Of a stretch of 64,000 bases of DNA, positions 23,025-34,361 are shown piece by piece (within the stretch, counting starts at the first letter, position 1; each line of letters begins with the position of its first letter). Location of the stretch: assembly GCA_027923505.1 (NCBI GenBank), contig BROI01000001.1, forward strand, positions 1,798,001-1,862,000, read 5' to 3'. The notes beneath the pieces were generated by a model. It was not told the origin of the DNA, searched no databases, and saw only the letters and a list, made by a program, of their open reading frames with translations. Source of the stretch: Mayamaea pseudoterrestris. Lineage: Eukaryota. Made by a program: the position numbers and the translations under genes.

Positions 23025-26000
23025 ATGGCACCGCCCAGCGACGACGACTCGTTGCGGGACGACGGTTCCGCCTCCTCGTCCAGTGACAGTGACTCTTATG
23101 ATTCTGCGATGAATGATAACGATGGTGACAGTGATTCTGATCATGATGATGGATCAGCAGACGAAGAAATGAATGACGACGACGACGGCGAATCTGTATC
23201 GGCTTCTCGCGACAATGAGCAGCCGCCAGAAAGAGTCGTCACACAAGATGCAACATTAACTCACGCTCCAGTAACAACGGCATTCAGACCAACGCTGTCG
23301 AAATCGTGGGCCATGCAGTCGTCGCACGTTCCCATTTACACGGGTGGCAAGGTGATCGTGGCAACGGCGCACGTGACGACGACAAGAAATGTTCAAGAAC
23401 AATCAAAAGGGGACCATGATACAATGGAGCAAGATGTAGACGCAACAACAGTCACGACAAGCATGCCGCTGCTTTTACTGCCCGTGGCGGGAAACTTGTG
23501 CGTCGTGGACGCGTCGCGCGGACAACGCTTGGTGTCGGTCCGTCCCGACGACGCTTTGCACGACGAAGATGACGACCAGGATGAAGGCGTCGACCAGGAA
23601 GCCATTACAGCATACTGCTGCACGAATACGAATCATAGTATCAAGAAGCAGAATGAGAGTAATGAAAAGCAGCAGCAAGCGCAAGATACAGACTTGCGAA
23701 TCTTTACGTGCAGTCGCAACTTGGTGTTGAAGCAATACAGACTCGTTCCACCAGCAGCAAGAAATGCTACTCTTCCATCTTGGTCCGTTTTGTTGGAGCA
23801 GTCGCTCGGCAAGTCGGGGCACACTCTCCCAGTCACCTTGATGCAACTGCACTGCTCGAATGCGTTCTTGGCGACGGGGTCGGTGGATGGCAGTGTTCGC
23901 GTGTGGGATGTGCGGGCCAAGTTTGTCACGCACGTGTTTCGCGTCAACAATACTGACAGTGACAATAATAGTGGACGCAGCGTGGTGACGGCGCTGGAGT
24001 GGATGCCGCGTACGAAGCACTTGGTGCTTGCCGTTGGCCGGGAGAGTGGCAGCGTGACGATTCACGACCTGCGCGACGCGCAGCAGCAGCATGTGGTAAC
24101 GTTGATTGACCACGTATCGGCAGTGACATGCTTGAAATGGACGCCAGATGTCAACGTGTTGGTGACTGGCGGACGCGACGCTGTGTTGAACCTTTGGAGC
24201 ATGCGCGAGGAAACGACTGTGGCTAACAAGAAGCAGAGCAAGCTCAAGAATATTGCTGCGCCGCCATTCACCAAGACGGTCTATGAGCGCATGCACACGC
24301 TGCCCGTTTACGAGCAGATGGAAGGCATGGCAATGTTGCATGTTGGAAATGAAACGGTGGTGGCAACGGCGGGAAGCAAGGGGTGCGTGCGTCTGTACAG
24401 AATGACAGGTCAGGGCAGTGGCGACGATAATAACGCGGCAGAAAGTAGCGTGCGCTTGGAGCTGATGGACCAGCAGCCTGCAGCCGATGCGTTTGGCGAC
24501 GCGAGGGGTGGTTATTTGGACTTGAGTCTATGTTTTGTAAATCATGGCCATGACAATGTGGAGCAGCAGCTGTTGGTGGCCGATGCCGAAAACAACTTGA
24601 CCTTTCTTTCGCTTCAGGATAAAGTGCCCATGTTGAAAACGAAACGAACCATTGTTGGACATAACGACGATATTTTGGACCTCAAGGTCGTTCCTGGGGA
24701 GACGACGAATCGAATTGTCGTTGCCACTAATAGTTCCAAGGTGAGCCTCTTTGACCTTGATGATTTTTCCTGCCACGTTTTGGATCGTCACACGGCGACA
24801 GTTCTATGTGTCGATGTGAGTCCTTGTGGCCGCTACGTGGCAACGTGCGGGAAAGATCGACGCATGCTGCTATGGAACATTGGAGGAGAAAACAGTAAGC
24901 ATGCTTGCGTCGGATCTGCCATTGGACACACTGAAGCGGTTGGTGCTGTAGCACTCTCACGAAAAAGGGCAAGCTACGATGTGACTGGTAAGGCTGCTCA
25001 GAATGGCGGTGGTTCATTTGCAGTGACGGCTAGTGTGGATAGGACGATTAAGCGATGGAATTTGCCAGGAACAAAGGTGTTGAATGGACTTGCTGATGAA
25101 AGTGAGCCAGTCGAGTTGCAAGCGTTTCACAGCGCCCGTGCTCATGAGAAAGACATTAACATTGTTTCAATAGCTCCAAATGATTCGTTAATTGCAACTG
25201 GCTCGCAAGACAAGACGATTAAGCTTTGGAGAGCGTCAGATTTATCGCTTCAAGCAACGCTAAAGGGGCACAAGCGCGGCGTCTGGGATTGTCAGTTTTC
25301 ATTGCATGATCGGGTTCTTGCGTCGTGTTCGGGAGACAAGACTATTAAGCTCTGGTCGCTGAGCGAGAAATACAGCTGTTTGAGAACGTTTCAGGGTCAT
25401 CTAGCAAGCGTCTTGAGAGTGCGGTTTGTACGCGGTGGTCTGCAGCTGCTGTCATCGGGAGCTGATGGATTAATAAAGCTTTGGACGATAAGAACGAGCG
25501 AGTGCGAAGCGACCATGGATGGGCATTCCGCGAAGGTTTGGGCAATGGACTTGTCGCCGAGTGGTGATGTATTAGTGTCGGGTGGAGGTGATTCAAAAAT
25601 TGCTGTTTGGGGAGACGTGACCAAGGACATGGACGAAAGTGAGAATGCCGAAAAGGCTGAAGCCGTCTTGCTTGATCAGAGACTTGCAAACCATTTGCGG
25701 CACAAGGAGTATTCAGACGCTTTTGCCATTGCACTTCAACGTGACAAACCTTTGCACGTCTTGAAAATCTTGACCGCCATTATTGACGATGACGTTGAGA
25801 AGGGTGGAAGTGGGCTTGATGCATTAAAGCGTGAAGCGAAGAAATGGTCTGACGATGGCATACTGCAAATCTTGCGATACTGCCGCGACTGGAACACAAG
25901 AGCGCGAAACTCTCATGTGGCGATGCTTGTTTGCAAGGCACTCGTATCTGTCGTCCCCGTTCCCAAGCTTGTGAAGATCAACGGGGTGCCAGAGATCGTA

Positions 26001-26315
26001 GCCGGAATCATTCCATACGCAGAGCGTCACTTTGATCGACTCGACAGGCTTTATGCAAGCACATTTTTGCTTGACTTCATTTTGAACTCGATGGGCGGGA
26101 TCGAAGCATCTAGCGATGTTACAGATGATTTTGCATTATGGGAATCGAGCAGTCGCCTGGTTCTACCACCCCAAGGTGCTGACGGAAGGAAACAAGTTGG
26201 AGGCATGCTCGTCAGCTCAAGCAAGCGGTTGCCGCTGGTTGGTACACCAGGAGTTGAGGATAGCGACGACCTTATGACTGTTGGCGACAGCGATTCTTCG
26301 GATGACGAAGAGTAA
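23025..26315 (+). CDS. UTP13: WD40-repeat U3 snoRNP protein UTP13/TBL3
   Basis: Many WD40 repeats (GHNDDILD, AHEKDIN, GHKRGVW) and the UTP13 C-terminal motif WNTRARNSHVA...IIPYAERHFDRL. Confidence 0.9.
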   Translation: MAPPSDDDSLRDDGSASSSSDSDSYDSAMNDNDGDSDSDHDDGSADEEMNDDDDGESVSASRDNEQPPERVVTQDATLTHAPVTTAFRPTLSKSWAMQSSHVPIYTGGKVIVATAHVTTTRNVQEQSKGDHDTMEQDVDATTVTTSMPLLLLPVAGNLCVVDASRGQRLVSVRPDDALHDEDDDQDEGVDQEAITAYCCTNTNHSIKKQNESNEKQQQAQDTDLRIFTCSRNLVLKQYRLVPPAARNATLPSWSVLLEQSLGKSGHTLPVTLMQLHCSNAFLATGSVDGSVRVWDVRAKFVTHVFRVNNTDSDNNSGRSVVTALEWMPRTKHLVLAVGRESGSVTIHDLRDAQQQHVVTLIDHVSAVTCLKWTPDVNVLVTGGRDAVLNLWSMREETTVANKKQSKLKNIAAPPFTKTVYERMHTLPVYEQMEGMAMLHVGNETVVATAGSKGCVRLYRMTGQGSGDDNNAAESSVRLELMDQQPAADAFGDARGGYLDLSLCFVNHGHDNVEQQLLVADAENNLTFLSLQDKVPMLKTKRTIVGHNDDILDLKVVPGETTNRIVVATNSSKVSLFDLDDFSCHVLDRHTATVLCVDVSPCGRYVATCGKDRRMLLWNIGGENSKHACVGSAIGHTEAVGAVALSRKRASYDVTGKAAQNGGGSFAVTASVDRTIKRWNLPGTKVLNGLADESEPVELQAFHSARAHEKDINIVSIAPNDSLIATGSQDKTIKLWRASDLSLQATLKGHKRGVWDCQFSLHDRVLASCSGDKTIKLWSLSEKYSCLRTFQGHLASVLRVRFVRGGLQLLSSGADGLIKLWTIRTSECEATMDGHSAKVWAMDLSPSGDVLVSGGGDSKIAVWGDVTKDMDESENAEKAEAVLLDQRLANHLRHKEYSDAFAIALQRDKPLHVLKILTAIIDDDVEKGGSGLDALKREAKKWSDDGILQILRYCRDWNTRARNSHVAMLVCKALVSVVPVPKLVKINGVPEIVAGIIPYAERHFDRLDRLYASTFLLDFILNSMGGIEASSDVTDDFALWESSSRLVLPPQGADGRKQVGGMLVSSSKRLPLVGTPGVEDSDDLMTVGDSDSSDDEE

Positions 26316-26400
26316 ATTGTTGTGATGGCAAATTACGAACCAAAAATTGATAGTGATCTGACGATGCCATAATCAATGTTAAAATAATATACAAATTAAA

Positions 26401-29400
26401 TTAGCGAATTGCCAGCGACAAGGAAAATCTGTGATGATCCTTTGGCGGCGTCAACGGCTTTCTTTGAAAAGACGATTTCGAAGGAGACTCCGCTTTGATG
26501 GAAGCTGCGATAGAAGAGGTTTTTTCTTGCTTATCTTCCAACGTAACATTAACATGGTATCCCAAAATTACTCGCTGCCCCTTTTTTAAACGACAATCAG
26601 CTTCGCTGCGCAAAGCTCTTCTGTCGTTGGCCGATATTTTAGCTGCTTTCTCTCCGATTTCAACTTTTAGTCGGTAGTCAGTAACAGCTGTGACAAGCCT
26701 CGGTCGCAGACCGTCGATCGCCATATTAGGTGGGATCTGCGAAATTAAGTTTGCGAGATCACCGCCCGACAGTGCAGCTGCTTCAAGCAATGAGCCAAAC
26801 AAGGAGCCGTCGTTCGAATGTATCTGCTTTTCTTTCGACTCATTCCCAACATTCTTCAAGCAAAAATCGATTAGTTGCTTCCATAAGATACTTGAATAAA
26901 GGCGAGATCGTTCAGCGAAAGAGACCGCTAACATGAGACTATTGGCTCCTTTCAAATACAGATCCAATATTATTAGTGCTTCGTCCTCGCTGTCACCGCC
27001 AAAGTGCTCCATAATATAAGCCAGCTCCAAAGCAAACGTATGCGAGTTTCCGTCACCTCCTTTGCGCTCAATTTCGATTTTCTTTGCAACCTCAGTAGCC
27101 GACAATGCTCCCATTGGCAAGACGACTTTCAAGAAATTGAGCAAGGGTGTACTCGTGTCCGGTACGCGAAAAGCCTCAACGCTTGTAAAAATACTGGAGG
27201 AGTTCCTATTCAAACCAGCGAAGCGAATGTACAACTCGATATGTTTCCGGTGCAGCCTTATGATTTCTTCCGGTGGCGTAGCAGTCGTCGGGAACCTTAC
27301 ATAAACTTCTGGCTTCCGAGTGAACACAGTGTGCAGGTACCAATGTAGCAGAACTGGCCGACTCTCAAGCTGTTTCGAAACAAAATCCAAAGGCAAAGTG
27401 CCTCGTCGCTCACTCCCGCTCGACTCTATTTTTGAAGTAGATGCTGTTCTGATCGCCGAGTACTGTGGAGAAACACAGTTTTCAATCAGAAAATCGCCCC
27501 ATGAATCCAACCCAACAAGCTGGAGCAAGGCGAACAAAGGAGGCATGCCGCCAATAGCAATAAATTGCAGATCCAATAGGCACTGGTGAAGATGTAAGCT
27601 TTCAATGATTGACAGCACGTGCGTGTACGATGCCCGATTAGTCGAAGGTCGTCGATCTGCCCATGAAACGAGATTAACTGATATTAGGGCTTCTTCCTCC
27701 ATGTCATCAAGACTTGCAGTGGAATAGTGCGATCCGATCATTAAATAATAGCGTAGTGCATCGTCGAAAGATCCGTTCATCATCTTTAGCCTCACCAGTG
27801 CCTCCATCGAGACTTTACCGTCGCTATCGTTACTCAAAGCAGGACGCTCTGGTGACTTATCCTCGCCCACGCGACTGATAACAAATGTAGTCATTGAATC
27901 AATATCGTATAGAGCGTCAATTGTATCATTTAAAACGAGATTCTCACGCACTTCACCTCCTTGTTCAAGCTCAGAAGCGGAAGGGCATTGTATCTGCAAG
28001 TAGCATGCTGCCGACTGTGTCTGTCTTCGTAGCAAACTGTCCTCCATGGCACGCAATGGTGCTGCTATTCGACTGTCTGTCATGCACTCGTATTGAAACA
28101 GCTTGATAAAGCGTTTCAAGACAGATATTGATCCCCAAGCAATAAGCGTATCCAGAAAATGTCCTGCAGCTTCCTCCGCCAGTCGACCCTGCTCCATCTG
28201 CTCGACTTGCAGCAACATCTTCTGTAAAATACTGCCGTATACTTCCTTAGGTAGGACAGGGTCACGCACAGGGACGAACTTCCGTGCCAAGAACAAAGCT
28301 CCTGGGATCAGTTCGATATCATGCATCCACTTCGTCCACATACTCACATCGCCTCCGAATAAGATAGGCATTGCCTCCGCAGCAAGCTTCATCCGGCGTA
28401 GTGAAAGATGCGTCTGCTTTTGTTCGGCATTCTTCTCCAGATGGCGAATTTCATCAGAACCGTCAGCTTCATGAGGAATGCGTAGCAACGCACGAAAATA
28501 TTCATCAATCAACGTCCGTATGTCATACCGCCGAAGTTGTCTGGCGTGAGTTAACGCCCGATGCAGCGCCCAACCGGTTTTCCTGTTTGTAAGAGCATAG
28601 GAAATGGCATCCTCAACGTCGTGTAACCGAGCCATTACAACATCAGCTTCCGACGCGAAAACCATACAAGGAGGTAGCACTTCTTTCTTGGCCGACTGTG
28701 TCTCACCATTGGCTGCATAAGGTTGAAATATGATTCCGTAATCATCGCTATCCACGCTACCGGACTCAGCGACATGATCGTCAGCCTCGTTCTGTAAGTT
28801 GTCATGGTCGAACAGACTCATCTCCAACCTCCATTTTAAGTGTGGGTCAATGTACGTAGTCTTTGAACCCATGGAAAAGATGCCCAAATCAGCATCGTCA
28901 ATTTGCTGCAAGCGATGCTGTTCTTCCTTTTGTTCCTTTGCATTGTCCATCTTTGGGAAGCAAAATGTGGACATCAAATTGTACCCGAGGACTGATTCTA
29001 CTGAGTTATGGTGGCTGCCATCCGAAAGTGTTCCACCAACATTGCAATTTTGTGCTGGCAAAATAGTTTTCCTTAGCGGCACCAAGTCTGCATAAATCAC
29101 ATCTCCAGTGGACCGCGAAATTATCTGTACTTCCGTTTCGTTAAAAGGCGATTCCTCGTCAACTGACGCGTACATCTCCTCCTCCTCGTGCTCAGGCGGC
29201 GGAACAATGCCCAGCACTGTAACATGATCGTCATCCATAGGTGCAACACCAATGGCAACGCAATCGAGCTGCCAAGCCATGGTGCACTCAACGATTCGAC
29301 GATGCCGACTTCCTGCTGGACCATATTGCGGTTGCGCAGGGGATGACGGTGCTGATTGTGGTGATGGCGATAGTGACGTATCTGCAACTCCCTCCGCAGG

Positions 29401-31122
29401 TACATCAACCCCATCAGATGATAGGCTGGTGTTGCTGCTGACATTACTGGTACTCATTAGTTGTCGCCTTGCTGCAGCAGGAGCCCCCAATCCACTCTTC
29501 ACCTCCCTTACTTGCAGACTCAGCAAACAATCGCCCCAACCACAAAGCAGCGTCTCGGCCGTCTCAAACACCAAGTGCGGTTTCAAATCCGCCAAGGTTG
29601 GATACAGTGACGGCTTGGCTCCCGTCGGTCGATCCACGTGCGCCAAACGCGTCAGCGTATCCATGTCCATGATTCGAATGCCAGAAGCATCCGCCCACGC
29701 CAGTAGCGACCCCCGCCACGTCAATGCCTCAATGCCGGCATACGTTTCATGCGCACTTTCATCATCTTCATTTTCATTTGCAACTTGCACTCCTTGATAT
29801 AGCACGGAATCAACTCGTCGCTGCACAAACATGCCTCGCTTGCGCGTCAGTAGCAATCTACCACTGCGAAAGCCAACCACCACTGACAGTTCGCGCTTGT
29901 GCGCCGACGCTGGATCCAATACCAAGCACGAGGGCACACCAAAGGATGATGGGTAGCGAATTTTATGTGCGAGTGATATGGATGCAAACGCTAATGTTGG
30001 AACAAGGGATGAAACGTTTGGTGGATGCGCGTCGGATAATGGCGCCGTTGCATCCTGCTGCGAACGTTCCGTTTGAGGGGCTGGCGCTGGCTGCTCCTCC
30101 GGCTGCCTTTGTCCCTTGAACGCTGAAAATAATCCGGAAAATGGATTGCTGGATCTTGTTCGACGAGCGGAGGGGTCCGTTTCACTAACAGACGCAGTCG
30201 CAGGGACGTGACTCGTCGTCGTCGTAGTGATAGTTGCAGGAATGGAAGAATCTGTGGCTGCTGCTACTGCTTCACTCGTTGCATTCGTATCATCCGTGTC
30301 ACCTTTTGTCCAAACGAGTCTATACTTTACGGAAAATACCCCAAGCATGTTGCCGCGATTCAATGCGGCCAGCAAGGTGCCAGACGCATCCATGCTCACG
30401 TCGACAATAAATAACGGTTGACTGACTTGTCTCTGCTGCTGAAACTGCTGCACTTGCTGCTGCTGCGCATTGCCATTGGCTGCTACAGCATGAGTCGTTT
30501 CATCCGCCACAAGCGACTGCAACTCGCCGAGACTGAGCGTTTGCTCGGTCAACCGTTTGGCAGCCACTTGCTGCGTTTCACTCACGTAACACAGCGACGG
30601 CACCAGCAGCACCGGCGACACTGTTGATGACGACAATACATGTACACTCAATCTTCCCGACGCGTGTCCCAAACACAGCAGGGGAATTTGCTCGCGCTGA
30701 TATAGATTGATGTGCGGTGCCTCGAATTTTCTGGCAAAGGCAGCAGCTGATCCCAGCGCGTCACCATACTCGAGCTCGGCCAATTCCAACGGCGTTGATT
30801 CCGCGTTCAAGACAACCTTGCCGAGAGTTGAAGCAGTCAAGCGACTATTGAACGTGTTTGTATCATTTGCAGACGTAATATGGTTTCCTGCTTCTCGTGC
30901 GTCGCCTGCTTCAACACTTCTATTGACATGATTTTCGGCCGAAAAGAGTCGCACATAGTGCAGCAGCGGCATGCGCGAGTTACCATCGTCGTCATCGCTC
31001 GAGGTGGTGGACGAGCACGAGTCTGGCGCTTCCTTATTGTTGTGAATGACAACTACGGGAAGCACAACGTCTGGATCGTCGACTACCGGTACTGCATCCG
31101 TCTCTTCGTTATCTGATGACAT
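26401..31122 (-). CDS. VPS41: Vacuolar protein sorting VPS41-like (HOPS) protein
   Basis: 1573-aa ORF with beta-propeller segments (WRGSLLAWADASGIRIMD, WGDCLLSL, GVAPMD) and a helical C-terminus (LWKQLIDFC, IPPNMAIDGLRPRL). Confidence 0.7.
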   Translation of the reverse strand: MSSDNEETDAVPVVDDPDVVLPVVVIHNNKEAPDSCSSTTSSDDDDGNSRMPLLHYVRLFSAENHVNRSVEAGDAREAGNHITSANDTNTFNSRLTASTLGKVVLNAESTPLELAELEYGDALGSAAAFARKFEAPHINLYQREQIPLLCLGHASGRLSVHVLSSSTVSPVLLVPSLCYVSETQQVAAKRLTEQTLSLGELQSLVADETTHAVAANGNAQQQQVQQFQQQRQVSQPLFIVDVSMDASGTLLAALNRGNMLGVFSVKYRLVWTKGDTDDTNATSEAVAAATDSSIPATITTTTTSHVPATASVSETDPSARRTRSSNPFSGLFSAFKGQRQPEEQPAPAPQTERSQQDATAPLSDAHPPNVSSLVPTLAFASISLAHKIRYPSSFGVPSCLVLDPASAHKRELSVVVGFRSGRLLLTRKRGMFVQRRVDSVLYQGVQVANENEDDESAHETYAGIEALTWRGSLLAWADASGIRIMDMDTLTRLAHVDRPTGAKPSLYPTLADLKPHLVFETAETLLCGWGDCLLSLQVREVKSGLGAPAAARRQLMSTSNVSSNTSLSSDGVDVPAEGVADTSLSPSPQSAPSSPAQPQYGPAGSRHRRIVECTMAWQLDCVAIGVAPMDDDHVTVLGIVPPPEHEEEEMYASVDEESPFNETEVQIISRSTGDVIYADLVPLRKTILPAQNCNVGGTLSDGSHHNSVESVLGYNLMSTFCFPKMDNAKEQKEEQHRLQQIDDADLGIFSMGSKTTYIDPHLKWRLEMSLFDHDNLQNEADDHVAESGSVDSDDYGIIFQPYAANGETQSAKKEVLPPCMVFASEADVVMARLHDVEDAISYALTNRKTGWALHRALTHARQLRRYDIRTLIDEYFRALLRIPHEADGSDEIRHLEKNAEQKQTHLSLRRMKLAAEAMPILFGGDVSMWTKWMHDIELIPGALFLARKFVPVRDPVLPKEVYGSILQKMLLQVEQMEQGRLAEEAAGHFLDTLIAWGSISVLKRFIKLFQYECMTDSRIAAPLRAMEDSLLRRQTQSAACYLQIQCPSASELEQGGEVRENLVLNDTIDALYDIDSMTTFVISRVGEDKSPERPALSNDSDGKVSMEALVRLKMMNGSFDDALRYYLMIGSHYSTASLDDMEEEALISVNLVSWADRRPSTNRASYTHVLSIIESLHLHQCLLDLQFIAIGGMPPLFALLQLVGLDSWGDFLIENCVSPQYSAIRTASTSKIESSGSERRGTLPLDFVSKQLESRPVLLHWYLHTVFTRKPEVYVRFPTTATPPEEIIRLHRKHIELYIRFAGLNRNSSSIFTSVEAFRVPDTSTPLLNFLKVVLPMGALSATEVAKKIEIERKGGDGNSHTFALELAYIMEHFGGDSEDEALIILDLYLKGANSLMLAVSFAERSRLYSSILWKQLIDFCLKNVGNESKEKQIHSNDGSLFGSLLEAAALSGGDLANLISQIPPNMAIDGLRPRLVTAVTDYRLKVEIGEKAAKISANDRRALRSEADCRLKKGQRVILGYHVNVTLEDKQEKTSSIAASIKAESPSKSSFQRKPLTPPKDHHRFSLSLAIR

Positions 31123-31394
31123 GATAATTTGTCGCTATATAATCAATTGATATCGCTCACTGTAACAAGGAGAGGTGTCAATTCTTGCTCGCGCGGATTC
31201 CCATGGTTGATGAGCAGCAGCTCGAAGATCAAAAGTCATAACCGGTCCGACGTCTGAGTTACGATGCGACATTACTTATCCACCACGATTGATGGTGACC
31301 ATGGCGACGAAGTAACGAAACAGGCCCATTGTCTGTCTCTTTTACTTGTAAACTTACGGACAGCCAAATTGCTAGATCTAATTCTTATATAACG

Positions 31395-32132
31395 ATGTCG
31401 CTTCGAGCAGTCAGCACTTGCCATCGCCTGTTGTTTGTTCCAGCCAAAGGCGCACTATGCGTCAATAATCACCCTTTTACATCATTATTGCATCGCTCCT
31501 TTGCATCATCGAATCAGCCCCGCTTTCAAATACCCGCTCACGTGGCCGCCTTTACCATACTGTTGATTCCAACCTTACTCTTTTTTCTATACGCCCAGCG
31601 TTTTGGGCCAGACAAGGACGAGTTGGAGCAAACGCTGCGCGAGCGATACGGCAAGCAGGAAACAATGGAGCAAAAGCGCGCCATGCAGGAGTTTTTCAAA
31701 AACACCATTTTGAATCCAAACAATGCAAGTGCAGATCAGGCGCTGCGAGAAGTACTAAGAGCGGGCAAGAGTAGCAGTGCGCAGGAAACGACAAAGCGGG
31801 CGTTGAAGAATGGTGCTATCAAGAGTACTAGTGCGGACGACAGCAGCAGCAGCAGCAAGTTGAATGCAAGCGTCACCGATGAACAAGTATTAATGAAACG
31901 AAACGAGGCTTCGAGCGATGCTCCATTGCAAGTGGCTGGTGAGCAGTCGCTCAAGCAAAAACGAAAGCGACAAAAAAAGCAAGCAATTGCAGAAACGGAC
32001 TCAAAACAAGCGGACACCAAGGCTACGTCAATTTCCGTTTCGGAAAATACAAAGTCGGCTTTGCTATTGACTGGAGTCGCCGCGCTTGCCGCTGTAGTTG
32101 GCTATCTAGCTGGAGGAGGAAAGCGGCAATGA
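31395..32132 (+). CDS. Hypothetical membrane protein with a mitochondrial-type presequence
   Basis: ATG 31395 starts MSLRAVSTCHR...RSFAS; two hydrophobic helices. Confidence 0.6.
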   Translation: MSLRAVSTCHRLLFVPAKGALCVNNHPFTSLLHRSFASSNQPRFQIPAHVAAFTILLIPTLLFFLYAQRFGPDKDELEQTLRERYGKQETMEQKRAMQEFFKNTILNPNNASADQALREVLRAGKSSSAQETTKRALKNGAIKSTSADDSSSSSKLNASVTDEQVLMKRNEASSDAPLQVAGEQSLKQKRKRQKKQAIAETDSKQADTKATSISVSENTKSALLLTGVAALAAVVGYLAGGGKRQ

Positions 32133-32179
32133 TAATGTACAACGATCACTAGAGTAACGATGGTAACTTTAATTTTTGT

Positions 32180-34045
32180 CTAACCCAACCACTCTTTGAA
32201 AAAGTCTTCACCCTTATCGTCCACGACAATAAAGGCTGGAAAGTCGACAACGTCAATCTTCCACACCGCCTCCATGCCATCCTCCTCATTGTCAAGCACC
32301 TCCACCTTTTGGATGGAATCCTTGGCCAAGATTGCCGCCGGTCCTCCAATACTGCCAAGGTAGAAACCCTTGTGTGTTTTGCACGCTTTCGTGACCGCTT
32401 TGGTGCGATTGCCCTTGGCCAGCGTCACAAAGGAACCGCCATGCTCCATGAAGCGATTCACGTAGGCGTCCATGCGGCCCGCCGTGGTTGGTCCAAAGCT
32501 ACCGCTCGCATATCCTGCTGGTGTCTTGGCGGGGCCAGCGTAGTAGATAATGTAGCGCTTGGCATAGTCTGGTAGTCCATGACCGTCCTCGATGCGCTGG
32601 AGCATTTTGGCGTGGGCAATGTCGCGGGCAACAACGATAGTTCCAGTCAGCGAAAGGCGCGTCTTGACTGGATACTCCGACAGCGTTTGGCGGAGCTCAT
32701 CCATGGAGAGTGCGTTCAAATCAATCTTGACCACCGTCTCGGAGAGAGACTCGTCAGTAACATCCGGCAAGTACTGACCAACATTTTCTTCCAGTTGCTC
32801 CAAAAAGACTCCCTCGGCGTTGATCTTGGCCAAGACTTGTCGATCCGCCGAACACGACACGCCAATACCCACCGGACAGCTGGCGCCATGCCTTGGCAGT
32901 CGCACGACCCGTACATCATGACAAAAGTACTTGCCGCCAAACTGCGCGCCAATGCCAAGGTGGTGCGTCATTTTTAAAATATGCTCCTCCCACTGCAAAT
33001 CGCGAAAGGCGCGGCCCGATGTGGCGTCGCCAGTCTTCGGCAAGTCGTCGTAGTACTTTGTCGACGCCAGCTTGACCGTCTTGAGGTTTAGTTCGGCCGA
33101 TAGACCGCCAATGACAATGGCCAAGTGGTAGGGTGGACAGGCGGACGTGCCAATGGTTTTGATCTTTTCCTCCAAGAACGCTTCGAGCGAACCAGGGTTC
33201 AAGAGTGCCTTGGTCTATAGTGATTGTAAAACAATGTGAACGCGAGCGCATGAGAGATAAAGTGATTTGTAAAAAGGTAAATGATTATGCTGAGAAACAA
33301 GTCATCGCAAACCATATATTATACGTCCAATAAGACTCACCTGCTGAAACAGAAACGTTTTATTGGCCGACCCTCCCCCCTTGGCGATGAACAAGAACTT
33401 GTACTCGCTGCCCCGACTGGCCATGACATCCAACTGCGCCGGCATGTTGTTTCCAGTGTTGCGCTCGTTCATCATGTCAATGGCCGCCACCTGCGAGTAC
33501 CTTAAGTTCAAGTCCCGATAGGCCTCCATGGCGCCACGCGCCAAGTGCGACTCGTCGTTTCCGTCTAAACTCAGCACCAAGTGACCGCGCTTGGCGAGTA
33601 TCATGGCCGTTCCAGTGTCCTGGCAGCCTGGTAGTATTCGACCGGAAGCAATATTGGCATTCTGGAGTAGTTGGAGAGCGACAAACTTGTCGTTGGCGGA
33701 TGCTTCATTGTCGTTCAAAATGTTGGAGAGTTGCCGCAAGTGAGCGGGTCGAAGTAAGTGGGCAATATCGGAAAATGCTTGTTTGGACAACATGGTCAAG
33801 TAGGATGGCTTGATCTGAAGGAGAGACTGGCCATTGGGTAGTGGTATGGATTCGACAGCCTCTGGTCCAGCGAGTTGTTTGTACGGAATGGAAGCATCGG
33901 AATGAATGTCCGATTCAAAAAGTGGAGAATACTGGTACTCTGATGTTGAAGAGAGTAAGCGATTGCTTTGAACGATGCAACATTTTGCTCTATGAAGGAC
34001 GCCGTTTCGGCTCATCAAGCGTGACAGCATCATGGTGGATGGCAT
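32180..34045 (-). CDS. Class I (Fe-S) fumarate hydratase, mitochondrial; intron 33215-33340
   Basis: [34 protein letters not shown] motifs. GTGAGT...TAG intron joins LFQQ to TKALLNPG. Confidence 0.95.
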
Positions 34046-34361
34046 CGACGCGCCTCGCTGATTTTGTGATCGGCAGGGGCGGAAGAATCGAATCCAATTC
34101 CAGAATTTGAGTGCCGGAAAGATATTCACTTTATGAGCTATAGTGGTCGTGAATACTCTCGGGCGTGCTTTTGTGAGTGAATGAGTCTGATTCTTTCAGA
34201 GATTCGCACGCGCGTGAGAAGTCGCGATGAGTGATGGTCGACAATCACTTTCGCCTTGACTGCCATTCACGGGATCTATAAACAGTGATCCGATATTATA
34301 GTCTTGGAACAAAGCCAAAACCCTTGCATGTACCATACAAGCCATCAACTATAGCAGTTTC